Positions 36,464 to 45,709 of a stretch of DNA of 64,000 nucleotides are shown piece by piece (position 1 is the stretch's first letter; each line of letters opens with the position of its first letter). Both the position numbers and the translations under genes were made by a program. The notes beneath the pieces are model-generated. The model did not search any database, was not told where the DNA came from, and worked only from the letters and a program-made list of their open reading frames with translations. Source of the DNA: an uncultured Bacteroidota bacterium (GTDB taxonomy: Bacteria; Bacteroidota; Bacteroidia; UKL13-3); contig CAISCU010000043.1 in assembly GCA_903883965.1 (NCBI GenBank), positions 64,050-128,049 of the forward strand, read 5' to 3'.

Positions 36464-38149
36464 TTACACTATTTTAGGAATATTGTCCTTGGGCCATGTA
36501 AAATAAAACGAAGAGCCTTTTCCTAGCTCAGACTCAAGCCATATAGAGCCCCCATATTCTACAATAATTTTTCTAGCAATGGCTAAGCCTGCACCTAAAT
36601 TTTCAACTTCGTCTTTTCTATTTAAAGTTTGGAAAATGCCAAATATTTTTTGATGAAACTCTTGTTCTATTCCTGGTCCATTGTCGGTAATACAAAATGC
36701 AATTTCTGAGCCTTGTTCTTTGAAAGTGATGTTTACAATTCTATCAGCTTTTTCGTTGTGTTTGATGGCATTGGTAATAAACACATACAATACTGTTTCA
36801 AAATCTTTTTTATTGCCGAAAACAGTGGGTAGGGTTTCTTCAAAATAAATAGCAATATTGTTAGGTGGGTTAATTCTTTTGAGTACGTTAATGATGCAAT
36901 CTTTACTTGATAATATGACTTGTTCTGTTAGTGTTTTTCCAGATCGGGCATATTTTAGCAAAGCGTTTATGAGGCTTTCCATTCTTTGAACCCTGCCTTT
37001 TAGCATATTAAAATACCCCAAACTTACACCTTGTAAATTATCGCCAAGTTCTTCTTGTATCCAATCTGTTAAATTGTGAATACCCCTGAGTGGGCTCTTT
37101 AAGTCATGTGAGGCCACATAAGCAAATTGATCGAGTTCTTGGTTCTTCTTCTCTAAAATTGCGGTGTATTCTTGCAATTCTATCCTGCTTTTTTCTTCGG
37201 TTTCTTTTGCTTTTTGGAGGTTATTTCTCATTTCTACCAATGCTTTACCCAGCTTGTCTGATTTACTAAGTAATGGCACATTGATTAAATAATTCCCCTT
37301 TCCAATTGCATTGGCAACCTCTGTTTTTGTTTTAAAACCAGCTGCAACCTTTTTGGCAGATTCAATCATGGTTCCAATTTCGTCGTTTCTGTATACCTCA
37401 GACTGAAATGTAAGCACTTTCCCTTCACTCAACTCATCTAAAATTCCACTAATTTCCTTAATGGGTTTAATGATTGTTTCTTGGGTGATATAGATAGAGA
37501 AAATACTCACTACAATTATGATTATAATCATCACTACTAACAGATACGATAGGGTTCGGTAGCTGGCATATTTTTGGGCCTCTAGCTTTCTAAAAATATA
37601 AATGGCCTCCATGCTTGTTTCCTCTAGCTTTGCACTCAATGGATTGTTTAAGATTTCTATTTCATCATTGATTAATCTTGAAACACGGAGCTTTTCTTTG
37701 TCGTTGTAATCTTCAGGCCCTTTCATCAATGCAAGAATGGCACGTTCTTTTTCCATTATTTTTTGAAACTTGCCATCAATTTCAATGACATTCAAACGTA
37801 TGCCTTCCATACTTGCTTCTTGGCTCATGCCAATTACAGTCAATTTTTTTTCGTTGTAAGTACGGTCTAATTGCTTGGTCAGCACACGCCTCTTTTTCTC
37901 GTTGTATTGTGATGAAATATCAGAGCTGAGCAATATGGTGGTTTCAATTTGGCTCTGGTAATCTTTAAGTGCTGAAATGACCGGCCTATATTTGTCCGAA
38001 ATTTTGGTATCGATTTTTTTGCTGTATTCTAAAAGCAAAAGCGCCGCAACAGAAAAAAACAATGACACAATGACCACTGCCAAAAAACTAAAAGCAGTTC
38101 GGGTGCCAATATTGATTCTGTATAACCTATTGAATATTCCTTTGAACAT
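36464..38149 (-). CDS. membrane sensor histidine kinase (helical periplasmic sensor, HAMP, HisKA, HATPase)
   Basis: Two TM segments flank a ~170-aa helical region. HAMP-like linker, H-box FAYVASHDLKSPLRGI, N-box ITNAIKHN, G-boxes DNGPGI and GAGLAIARKI. Confidence 0.85.
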   Translation of the reverse strand: MFKGIFNRLYRINIGTRTAFSFLAVVIVSLFFSVAALLLLEYSKKIDTKISDKYRPVISALKDYQSQIETTILLSSDISSQYNEKKRRVLTKQLDRTYNEKKLTVIGMSQEASMEGIRLNVIEIDGKFQKIMEKERAILALMKGPEDYNDKEKLRVSRLINDEIEILNNPLSAKLEETSMEAIYIFRKLEAQKYASYRTLSYLLVVMIIIIIVVSIFSIYITQETIIKPIKEISGILDELSEGKVLTFQSEVYRNDEIGTMIESAKKVAAGFKTKTEVANAIGKGNYLINVPLLSKSDKLGKALVEMRNNLQKAKETEEKSRIELQEYTAILEKKNQELDQFAYVASHDLKSPLRGIHNLTDWIQEELGDNLQGVSLGYFNMLKGRVQRMESLINALLKYARSGKTLTEQVILSSKDCIINVLKRINPPNNIAIYFEETLPTVFGNKKDFETVLYVFITNAIKHNEKADRIVNITFKEQGSEIAFCITDNGPGIEQEFHQKIFGIFQTLNRKDEVENLGAGLAIARKIIVEYGGSIWLESELGKGSSFYFTWPKDNIPKIV

Positions 38150-38331
38150 AATTTATCCAATAAGTTGTTCGGTGTTAACCTCTACAAAATCAGCAAGAAG
38201 CATAAATGATACTGTTTTTTTCAATAGACTCAATTAGTGATTGGTATTTTCAATAACGCAATTACCAAATAAACAAAAAAAACAAATGCCAAACAAATGG
38301 CTTATCCACCATTGTTCTGTGACAGAGGACA

Positions 38332-40173
38332 CTATTCTACCGTAACAGACTTAGCTAAATTTCTTGGTTGATCAACATTGCAACCTCTTAAAACTGCAAT
38401 ATGGTACGAAAGCAATTGCAAGGGAATGGTAGCAATTAATGGCAACATAATTTCTTCGCAAGCTGGAATATAAATTACATGGTCGGCCATGTGTTTGAGC
38501 TCTTCATCACCTTCTGTGGCTACCACAATGATTTTGCCCTTACGAGCTTTAACCTCCTGAATATTGCTAACAACTTTTTCGTAGTTGCTGTGTTGAGTAG
38601 CAATCACTACCACAGGCATTTCTTCATCAATCAACGCAATTGGCCCGTGTTTCATTTCTGCGGCAGGGTAACCTTCTGCATGGATGTAGGATATTTCTTT
38701 AAGCTTGAGTGCACCTTCTAGTGCTACAGGAAATCCATACCCCCTACCTAAAAAGAGGAAGTTCTTAGCATCCTTGTATCTGTTTGCCAAAGACTTTATT
38801 AATTCGTCAGTTTGGAGAACAGCTTCAATTTTTGCAGGAATGGTTTCCATTTCATTGAGAATTTCGCGCATGCGTTCATTTGAAATGGTTCCTTTCTTTT
38901 GAGCTACTGAAAGTGCAATTAAAATAAGGGCTGTAACCTGAGCAGTAAATGCTTTGGTTGAAGCTACACCAATTTCTGGTCCGGCATGGGTATAAGCACC
39001 CGCATGTGTAGCTCTTGGTATGCTTGAGCCAACTACATTACATACACCAAAAACAGTGGCTCCTTTGCTTTTTGCCAACTCAATAGCAGCTAAAGTATCG
39101 GCAGTTTCACCGGACTGTGAAATGGCAATAACAAAATCTTTTTCTCCAATTACTGGGTTTCTATACCTGAATTCTGAGGCGTATTCAACCTCTACAGGTA
39201 TTCTGGCTAAATCTTCTAATAAATACTCACCAACTAAACCTGCGTGCCATGAGGTGCCGCATCCAATTACAATAATTCGGTCTATGTTTTTGAGCTTATC
39301 TTCAAATTTATTAACTCCCGCCATACTGATATGGCCTTCTTTTAAATGAATTCGACCCCTAAACGAGTCTAATATGCTTTTGGGTTGCTCAAAAATTTCT
39401 TTGAGCATGAAATGTTCATAGCCACCTTTTTCAATGTTTTCTAGATTGAACTCTATCTCAGTGATAAAAGGTGTTTTGAGTGTGTTGTCAATGGTTTTAA
39501 TAGTGAGTTGATCACCATCTATGATAGCTACTTCACCGTCATTTAAATAAACTACATTTCTGGTATATTCAACTATTGGTGTAGCATCACTTGCAATAAA
39601 GTGTTCACCCTTACCAACCCCAATCACCATTGGGCTTCCTTTTTTTGCACCAATTAAATAATTGGGGTTGCTCTTAGATAGAATAACAATGGCGTATGCA
39701 CCAATTACTTGAGTGAGAGACATTCTTACGGCCTCTTCAAAACTGACATCATTGTGTTGGTATACTTCTTCTATTAAATGAATTAGAACTTCGGTATCTG
39801 TTTCACTACTGAAATGATGCCCTTTTTGAATGAGCATTGCTTTGAGTGACGCATAATTTTCAATGATACCATTGTGAATGATTGCAAACTCTCCATTGCC
39901 CGATAAGTGCGGATGGGCATTTTTATCGTTTGGAGCCCCATGGGTTGCCCATCTGGTATGCCCCATGCCTGTATGAGCGTGTGTATCTTTGTTGCCAATT
40001 TCTTGTTCTAAATCAGCAACCTTTCCAGTTTTTTTATAAACTTTTAAGGCTTTATGGTCGTCTAATAAGGCAACTCCCGCACTGTCATAGCCGCGGTACT
40101 CAAGGCGTTTTAAACCTTTTAATATAATAGGGCAGGCTTCACGATGGCCTATATATGCAACAATTCCACACAT
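38332..40173 (-). CDS. glmS: glutamine--fructose-6-phosphate aminotransferase (isomerizing)
   Basis: MCGIVAYIG N-terminal nucleophile, two SIS domains (GCGTSWHAG, SQSGETADT), and a C-terminal ...LAKSVTVE. Confidence 0.93.
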   Translation of the reverse strand: MCGIVAYIGHREACPIILKGLKRLEYRGYDSAGVALLDDHKALKVYKKTGKVADLEQEIGNKDTHAHTGMGHTRWATHGAPNDKNAHPHLSGNGEFAIIHNGIIENYASLKAMLIQKGHHFSSETDTEVLIHLIEEVYQHNDVSFEEAVRMSLTQVIGAYAIVILSKSNPNYLIGAKKGSPMVIGVGKGEHFIASDATPIVEYTRNVVYLNDGEVAIIDGDQLTIKTIDNTLKTPFITEIEFNLENIEKGGYEHFMLKEIFEQPKSILDSFRGRIHLKEGHISMAGVNKFEDKLKNIDRIIVIGCGTSWHAGLVGEYLLEDLARIPVEVEYASEFRYRNPVIGEKDFVIAISQSGETADTLAAIELAKSKGATVFGVCNVVGSSIPRATHAGAYTHAGPEIGVASTKAFTAQVTALILIALSVAQKKGTISNERMREILNEMETIPAKIEAVLQTDELIKSLANRYKDAKNFLFLGRGYGFPVALEGALKLKEISYIHAEGYPAAEMKHGPIALIDEEMPVVVIATQHSNYEKVVSNIQEVKARKGKIIVVATEGDEELKHMADHVIYIPACEEIMLPLIATIPLQLLSYHIAVLRGCNVDQPRNLAKSVTVE

Positions 40174-40200
40174 AAGACGAAATTAATAAAAAAGACTGAA

Positions 40201-41220
40201 TTATTTATATAAACTTATACTTGAGTCAATGGGCCTATTGAAATACTTTGCAAGGCCACGCATTTCATTCAACAATTGTTCAAATTCAGAGAATGTAAGC
40301 GCTTGATCAGCATCAGAAAGTGCATTTGATGGGTTTGGGTGTATTTCAATCATTAACCCATTCACTCCTGCAGCAATTGAAGCAAGAGAAAGTTGTTTGA
40401 CAAATTTAGCAGAACCGGTTCCGTGGCTTGGGTCGGCAAAAACAGGTAAATGACTCATTGATTGAATCATGGGTATAGCCGTAATATCCATCTGATTTCT
40501 TACATCAGTATCAAAGCTCCTTAAACCCCTTTCGCATAAAATTACTTGTTGGTTTCCACCACTTAAAATGTAATCTGCAGCCAATAACCATTCATTGATA
40601 CGAGCAGACATGCCTCTTTTTAAAAGAATAGGTTTATTTATTTTTCCAAGTTCAGCGAGCATGTAAAAATTGCTCATGTTTCTGCTACCAATTTGAATGA
40701 TATCTGAGTAAGCCAAAACCTGGTCTAATAGACTTAAATCCATTAATTCAGTTACTACACTTAATCCGTTTTCTTTTGCCGCTTGAGACATCATTTTCAA
40801 ACCATCCAACCCCAATCCTCTAAAAGCATAAGGAGATGTTCTTGGTTTGTATGCTCCCCCTCTCATAAATTTTAAACCGTTTTTATGGAGAAATGCAGCA
40901 GTTTCAAAAATTTGTTTTTCGTCCTCTACACTACAGGGCCCAGCAATTACATTGGTTTGATTGCCACCAATTTCTACTCCATTTACCTCAAATATGCTAC
41001 TCTGTTTGTATTTTTTTGATGCAAGTTGAAAAGTGGTATCAATTTCAACGATACCATCTATACCATCTATTCCAATTAAAAAATTAGGGCTTTTTAGTTT
41101 TGGTACAACTAAGCATGATTCTGGTTCAACAAAAGTGTATTCAAACTGGTTTAAAGTTAACACAGCCTTTATCTGATGAAGGTTTTCAGCTGTAAAATTT
41201 TTATGTAGTTTAATAATCAA
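40201..41220 (-). CDS. 3-deoxy-7-phosphoheptulonate (DAHP) synthase, type I-beta with N-terminal regulatory domain
   Basis: Core IAGPCSVE...RGGAYKPRTSPYAFRGLG...KRG...DPSHGTG is typical of the KDO8PS-like DAHPS subfamily. A ~75-aa N-terminal extension precedes it. TTG start. Confidence 0.8.
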   Translation of the reverse strand: MIIKLHKNFTAENLHQIKAVLTLNQFEYTFVEPESCLVVPKLKSPNFLIGIDGIDGIVEIDTTFQLASKKYKQSSIFEVNGVEIGGNQTNVIAGPCSVEDEKQIFETAAFLHKNGLKFMRGGAYKPRTSPYAFRGLGLDGLKMMSQAAKENGLSVVTELMDLSLLDQVLAYSDIIQIGSRNMSNFYMLAELGKINKPILLKRGMSARINEWLLAADYILSGGNQQVILCERGLRSFDTDVRNQMDITAIPMIQSMSHLPVFADPSHGTGSAKFVKQLSLASIAAGVNGLMIEIHPNPSNALSDADQALTFSEFEQLLNEMRGLAKYFNRPIDSSISLYK

Positions 41221-41225
41221 GGTGC

Positions 41226-42557
41226 CTAGTCTTTTAAAACAGTGTAAGTAAGTTTTAGTTTTATTTTACCACTGTCTTTTTTTCCATCAAGCATAATTCT
41301 AGCAGCTGTAAACGGATTGTTTACTGGAATAAATAAAAACAATCCAGTTAATTTATGGATGTCTTTTCCTGTTTTGTATTCATCTAGTAAATATTGCATG
41401 TGCCTGGCAATATTGAAACGGTATTCTTTTCCGGCGTACAATCCGCCCCCGTAATAGGCAGCACTTTCGTAAGCCAAGTCTTTTGTAAAAATATTGTACC
41501 CAAGTGTATCTGATGCCACTAACTGTAAGCGTTCGGGCAATTGGAAACCGCCATTGTCTCCCAAAACGGTAAACACCATTTCTGCTCCATTGATAGCAAT
41601 TTTTTTGTCACCAAATTTGTTGATCAAATCAGGCAATTCAATTCTAATTTTAGTGCCAAATAAGGACTGAACAGCTAAACTGTCTCTGTGTGAGCCTGCA
41701 AATGATTCTTGTAGCAAATTTAGGGGTGAAGCAACATGGCTGATTGCATTTGCAGCTACTTCGCTACCTCCAATAATTGGAAAATCAGCCTCTAGAGAAT
41801 CTTTGTAATAAGCAGTTAATGCAGAAACATTTGAATTGAGACGGATATAAGCAATGCCTCCTTTGTTGGTGGCTAAATCTGTTTCATCAATAACTACAAA
41901 ACCTTTGAATGCCTTTTTAAAATTTGTTGTACTGGTAAAACTACCAGCCGCTTCTGCTTGTATGAGTTTTTGAGCAAAGGTATTGCTCATTTGAATTCTG
42001 ATATGTGGTGGTAGATAAAATGTTTGACTGCCAAGTTTTATTGTGGTGGTGTCAGTTAAATTAAATTTACCAGTCCAAGACCCAATTTCAGTATTATTAA
42101 TAACGTATTTTCTTGAATGGTAATAACTTGAATCTATGCTTAGGTCTTCATTGAGTTCGTATACTTTTAATGTATGCACTTGATTCAAATCACCGTAGAA
42201 TGCATTTAAATCAGCAAAACGCAATTGCAATACAAGTGAATCAAAATTAGTGGTTCCACCCCAAGTAAATGAATTGTTAGGCAAATTGTATTGGAAAACT
42301 AAATCAGACCTGGTAATACCCATATCTGGGTCGTTTATTTTGCCCAAACCATACACTGAAAAGTTTTTGGTTTCAATAGAATCCATTTTAACGGTGTACG
42401 CAACCATGTTTACGGTTGTATCGAAAACAAGACCCAAATTATTTGATGAGCCAATGAGGTTTGCGCCAATGGTGTTTGGTTCTCTTTTACAAGCAAAGAG
42501 TGCAAGACAACCAACTAAGAAAATAAATTTAATCTTGGTGCTCAAGGAGTGTATCAT
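41226..42557 (-). CDS. lipoprotein, DUF4270-like (assignment from memory of the Bacteroidota panC neighbourhood)
   Basis: Lipobox FIFLVGCLALFAC. The start is uncertain: ATG 42557 or 42605, and both overlap the upstream gene. No catalytic motifs seen. Confidence 0.5.
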   Translation of the reverse strand: MIHSLSTKIKFIFLVGCLALFACKREPNTIGANLIGSSNNLGLVFDTTVNMVAYTVKMDSIETKNFSVYGLGKINDPDMGITRSDLVFQYNLPNNSFTWGGTTNFDSLVLQLRFADLNAFYGDLNQVHTLKVYELNEDLSIDSSYYHSRKYVINNTEIGSWTGKFNLTDTTTIKLGSQTFYLPPHIRIQMSNTFAQKLIQAEAAGSFTSTTNFKKAFKGFVVIDETDLATNKGGIAYIRLNSNVSALTAYYKDSLEADFPIIGGSEVAANAISHVASPLNLLQESFAGSHRDSLAVQSLFGTKIRIELPDLINKFGDKKIAINGAEMVFTVLGDNGGFQLPERLQLVASDTLGYNIFTKDLAYESAAYYGGGLYAGKEYRFNIARHMQYLLDEYKTGKDIHKLTGLFLFIPVNNPFTAARIMLDGKKDSGKIKLKLTYTVLKD

Positions 42558-43347
42558 ACAAATTAATATAGACGTCAACATCTTCGCCAGACTCAGGATG
42601 TTCAATTACTGGTTTTGATTTCAACTTCTTTAAAAACTTGGTTATTTCTGGATCAATTTCATGACTTGCTTTAACTACTGCATCAGCATGTTCAATTCCT
42701 GACATGTACAATTCTGAACAACCAGCGTTTGCTAAAGAAGAAACCTGTTTGTTGTCTATTGCATTGAGGCTTGCCTTACGGGCAAATTCTTTACCTAGTT
42801 TTTCGTCAAATTGGTTTTCAAAAACCGAATAAACCACCTTTGCCAATCTAAAAACAGGCTCATCTTTGTAAAGCGTTTTTAAATACAAAGGAATTAAGCT
42901 GGTCATCCAACCTTGACAGTGAATGATATCGGGCTGCCATCCTAGTTTTTTAACTGTTTCCAAAGCACCTTTGCAAAAAAAGATAGTGCGTTCGTCATTG
43001 TCCCCAAAAAAAGTATTGTTTTCATCGGTGTAAACATGTTTACGATGAAAATAATCTTCATTGTCTAAAAAGTAAACCTGCATTTTTGCTTCAGGTAAAG
43101 AAGCCACTTTGATGGTTAATGGATTGTCGTTGTCGTCAATGGTTATATTGATTCCACTCAACCTAACTACCTCATGTAATCGATTTCTTCTTTCATTGAT
43201 ACAACCAAATCTTGGCATTAAAACCCTGATTTCATTGTCTTTTTCCTGAGTTGCTTGTGGCAATACTCTTGCCAATTCTCCCACATTACTCACTTTCAGG
43301 AAAGGCGTCATCTCGGATGAGATATAAAGAACTCTCTTTTTTGCCAT
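42529..43347 (-). CDS. glycogen/starch synthase-like protein, GT5 N-terminal domain only
   Basis: MAKKRVLYISSEMTPFLKVSNVGELARVLP resembles the GlgA N-terminus (K-x-G-G-L region degenerate). It is only ~270 aa, so the C-terminal GT-B half is absent. ATG 43347 is preferred over GTG 43353. Confidence 0.65.
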   Translation of the reverse strand: MAKKRVLYISSEMTPFLKVSNVGELARVLPQATQEKDNEIRVLMPRFGCINERRNRLHEVVRLSGINITIDDNDNPLTIKVASLPEAKMQVYFLDNEDYFHRKHVYTDENNTFFGDNDERTIFFCKGALETVKKLGWQPDIIHCQGWMTSLIPLYLKTLYKDEPVFRLAKVVYSVFENQFDEKLGKEFARKASLNAIDNKQVSSLANAGCSELYMSGIEHADAVVKASHEIDPEITKFLKKLKSKPVIEHPESGEDVDVYINLYDTLLEHQD

Positions 43348-43372
43348 ACACACTTTACGTAAAAATAGTATG

Positions 43373-43380
43373 CAAAATTA
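43373..43380 (-). promoter_or_regulatory. Bacteroidota -7 promoter box (TAATTTTG on minus strand)
   Basis: Plus strand CAAAATTA, 25 nt upstream of ATG 43347. Confidence 0.45.
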
Positions 43381-43462
43381 CGATTATATTAAGAAATTTC
43401 TTAATATTCCAACCCTTAAAGAGGGGCGTGTTAATTTAAACGATTGATAAACAGGTACTAAA

Positions 43463-44302
43463 GTGATATTGTGCAAAACTATTTCTGATTTAACCAAGGT
43501 TTTAAGTGCTAAAAAGGCTTTCAATCAAACAATTGGTTTCGTTCCAACCATGGGAGCGCTGCATGCTGGTCACTTGTCTTTGGTAAAACAAGCAAAGCAA
43601 AAATCTACTTGTGTGGTATGTAGTATTTTTGTAAATCCCACGCAATTTAACCAGCAATCAGATTTAGTAAATTATCCCAAAACCATTGACATTGACTTAA
43701 AACTTTTGGCTGAGTCAGAATGTGATGTGGTCTTTATACCAAGTACCGATGAAATTTATCCAACTGGTTTGCAAAAAATGGACGCTTCGGTATTAGGCTC
43801 ACTAACAACTGTTTTTGAAGGAGCTTTTAGACCAGGTCATTTTGATGGTGTTTATACTGTCTTAACCCGGCTTTTTGACTTGGTTGAACCCAATTTAGTT
43901 TATTTTGGACAAAAAGATTTCCAACAATGTTTATTGGTTCAAAAACTCATAGAATTCCAACAACTTCCCATTACATTTTGTATGGGGGATATTGTTAGAG
44001 AAAAAGACGGCTTGGCAATGAGCAGCAGAAACATTCGCTTAAATTCAGCTGAAAGAAAAGCGGCAACAGAAATATACAAAGCATTGAGCTTGATCAAAGA
44101 CAATTGGCATAAATCTGCTGCTTCAGAATTGATAGCCATTGCAAAAAATCAACTTGAACTGCAGCAATTGATTCAAATTGAGTACCTCAACTGCGTTGAT
44201 GCAAATACATTGCAAGTAGCAGAGGATATTAAAAATGGTGTTTGTTTGATTGCTGTTAATTGTGGAAATACACGCCTAATAGATAATGTTTTACTTCCAT
44301 AA
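43463..44302 (+). CDS. panC: pantoate--beta-alanine ligase
   Basis: GFVPTMGALHAGHLSLV (HIGH-type motif), FVNPTQF, YFGQKDFQQ. GTG start. Confidence 0.9.
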   Translation: MILCKTISDLTKVLSAKKAFNQTIGFVPTMGALHAGHLSLVKQAKQKSTCVVCSIFVNPTQFNQQSDLVNYPKTIDIDLKLLAESECDVVFIPSTDEIYPTGLQKMDASVLGSLTTVFEGAFRPGHFDGVYTVLTRLFDLVEPNLVYFGQKDFQQCLLVQKLIEFQQLPITFCMGDIVREKDGLAMSSRNIRLNSAERKAATEIYKALSLIKDNWHKSAASELIAIAKNQLELQQLIQIEYLNCVDANTLQVAEDIKNGVCLIAVNCGNTRLIDNVLLP

Positions 44303-44335
44303 TTCAATTAAATTGGTTTATTTTGGTAGTTGAAG

Positions 44336-45709
44336 ATGCAACCCGAAGAAAAATTTAATAAAACCATTCAGACCAAACTACCAGAAACAGATTTCAGAGC
44401 GCACTTGAGAGAAACCAGTTCGCAAATGAATCTGAAAAGGGAAGCGGCCAAAAAACTGTTTGGAAATTATGAATTGGCAAGGCTTCGCGCATCTTATACC
44501 AAATGGAAGGTGAACGAAAGCTTAGATAAATTTTTAATAGATTTTGAAGCATCGGTTGTTAGAAAAGGTGGTAAGGTAATTTGGGCTTATGATGTACAAA
44601 ATGCCCAGCAGGAAATTTTACAGATAGCACAAAAGCATACGAAAGGAAAAGTTGTTTATAGCAGGTCTGCTGTTTCAGATGAGATTGAATTGAAATCTTT
44701 TTTTGATTCAAAATCAATCCCTTTAAAAGCGCTTGATTTTGGAGACTTTATACTCAACGAAAGTGGAACAGATTTTTTTACAGAAAACACACCACTGTTG
44801 TCTGCAGATGTTCAACAGGTAAGAAACCAATTGAACCAAAGTATTCGGGTTTCAATGGATGCTGAAGTTGCTGATATAGCTGCCGATATAAGACACAGCA
44901 TTAGAAAAAACTTTTACCAAGCTGAATTAGCAATTACAGGAGCTACCTTTTTAGTTGCTGAAGGAGGTTTGGTAGTGCAGTCAGAAAATTCTGCTGCAGC
45001 CAGAATGAGTTATGCTTTTGCTAAAACCCATTTGGTTGTTGCGGGAATTGACCAATTACTTCCAAGTTTGAATGAGTTAGATTTATTTACAACCCTATAT
45101 GCCACTCAAAAAACAGGAGAAAACTTACAGAGTTATTTAACAATCACAAGCCCTACAGAACGCGATGATATTGATGGTCCATCTGAATTTATTGTATTGC
45201 TATTAGACAACGGAAGGTCGAATGTATTGGCTTCACAAGACCAAAGACAGGCTTTGTCTTGCATAGAATGTGGTGCCTGCAATGATGTTTGTCAGGTATT
45301 TAATTACATAGGCGGCAGTAAAAATTATCTAAACAATCAAGCGGGGCCTATTTCTCAAGTTGTGAAACCACTCAAGTCAGGACTAGCTGAATACGGTTTT
45401 TTGAGTGAACATTCTACTTTGTGTGGTAAGTGTACAGATGTATGTCCATTAAAAATTGACATTCACAACCACCTTATTCGAAATAGAAGAGATGCCATTT
45501 CAGAGGGCGTGATTGACACTGCAGAGCGTTTTACATGGTTTTCTTGGTCTAAATTAATGTTGAGCAGAAAGAACATGAACAGGCAATCATCACTCAGAAA
45601 TTTCACTTTCAAATCTTTTTTTAGGAAACAATGGGGTGAAGAAAGAGAGTTGCCCAAAATTGCTGAAAAAACATTCAACCAAATTTGGAGAGAAAGAAAT
45701 GGACTTTAA
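44336..45709 (+). CDS. LutB-like LUD-domain / 4Fe-4S iron-sulfur protein
   Basis: An N-terminal LUD-type domain, then two Cys clusters, CIECGACNDVC and CGKCTDVCP. An in-frame TTG at 44330 is an alternative start. Confidence 0.7.
   Translation: MQPEEKFNKTIQTKLPETDFRAHLRETSSQMNLKREAAKKLFGNYELARLRASYTKWKVNESLDKFLIDFEASVVRKGGKVIWAYDVQNAQQEILQIAQKHTKGKVVYSRSAVSDEIELKSFFDSKSIPLKALDFGDFILNESGTDFFTENTPLLSADVQQVRNQLNQSIRVSMDAEVADIAADIRHSIRKNFYQAELAITGATFLVAEGGLVVQSENSAAARMSYAFAKTHLVVAGIDQLLPSLNELDLFTTLYATQKTGENLQSYLTITSPTERDDIDGPSEFIVLLLDNGRSNVLASQDQRQALSCIECGACNDVCQVFNYIGGSKNYLNNQAGPISQVVKPLKSGLAEYGFLSEHSTLCGKCTDVCPLKIDIHNHLIRNRRDAISEGVIDTAERFTWFSWSKLMLSRKNMNRQSSLRNFTFKSFFRKQWGEERELPKIAEKTFNQIWRERNGL

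Noticed and set aside
38270-38301. Possible terminator after glmS (minus strand GCCATTTGTTTGGC followed by a T-rich run)
   Set aside because: The stem is only 4 bp, too weak to call. The 182-nt gap probably still holds the kinase-cluster promoter, but I could not find an exact TAnnTTTG box there.
40174-40200. Possible glmS ribozyme upstream of glmS
   Set aside because: Only 27 nt separate glmS from the preceding gene, far too short for the ribozyme. That element is not expected in this phylum either.
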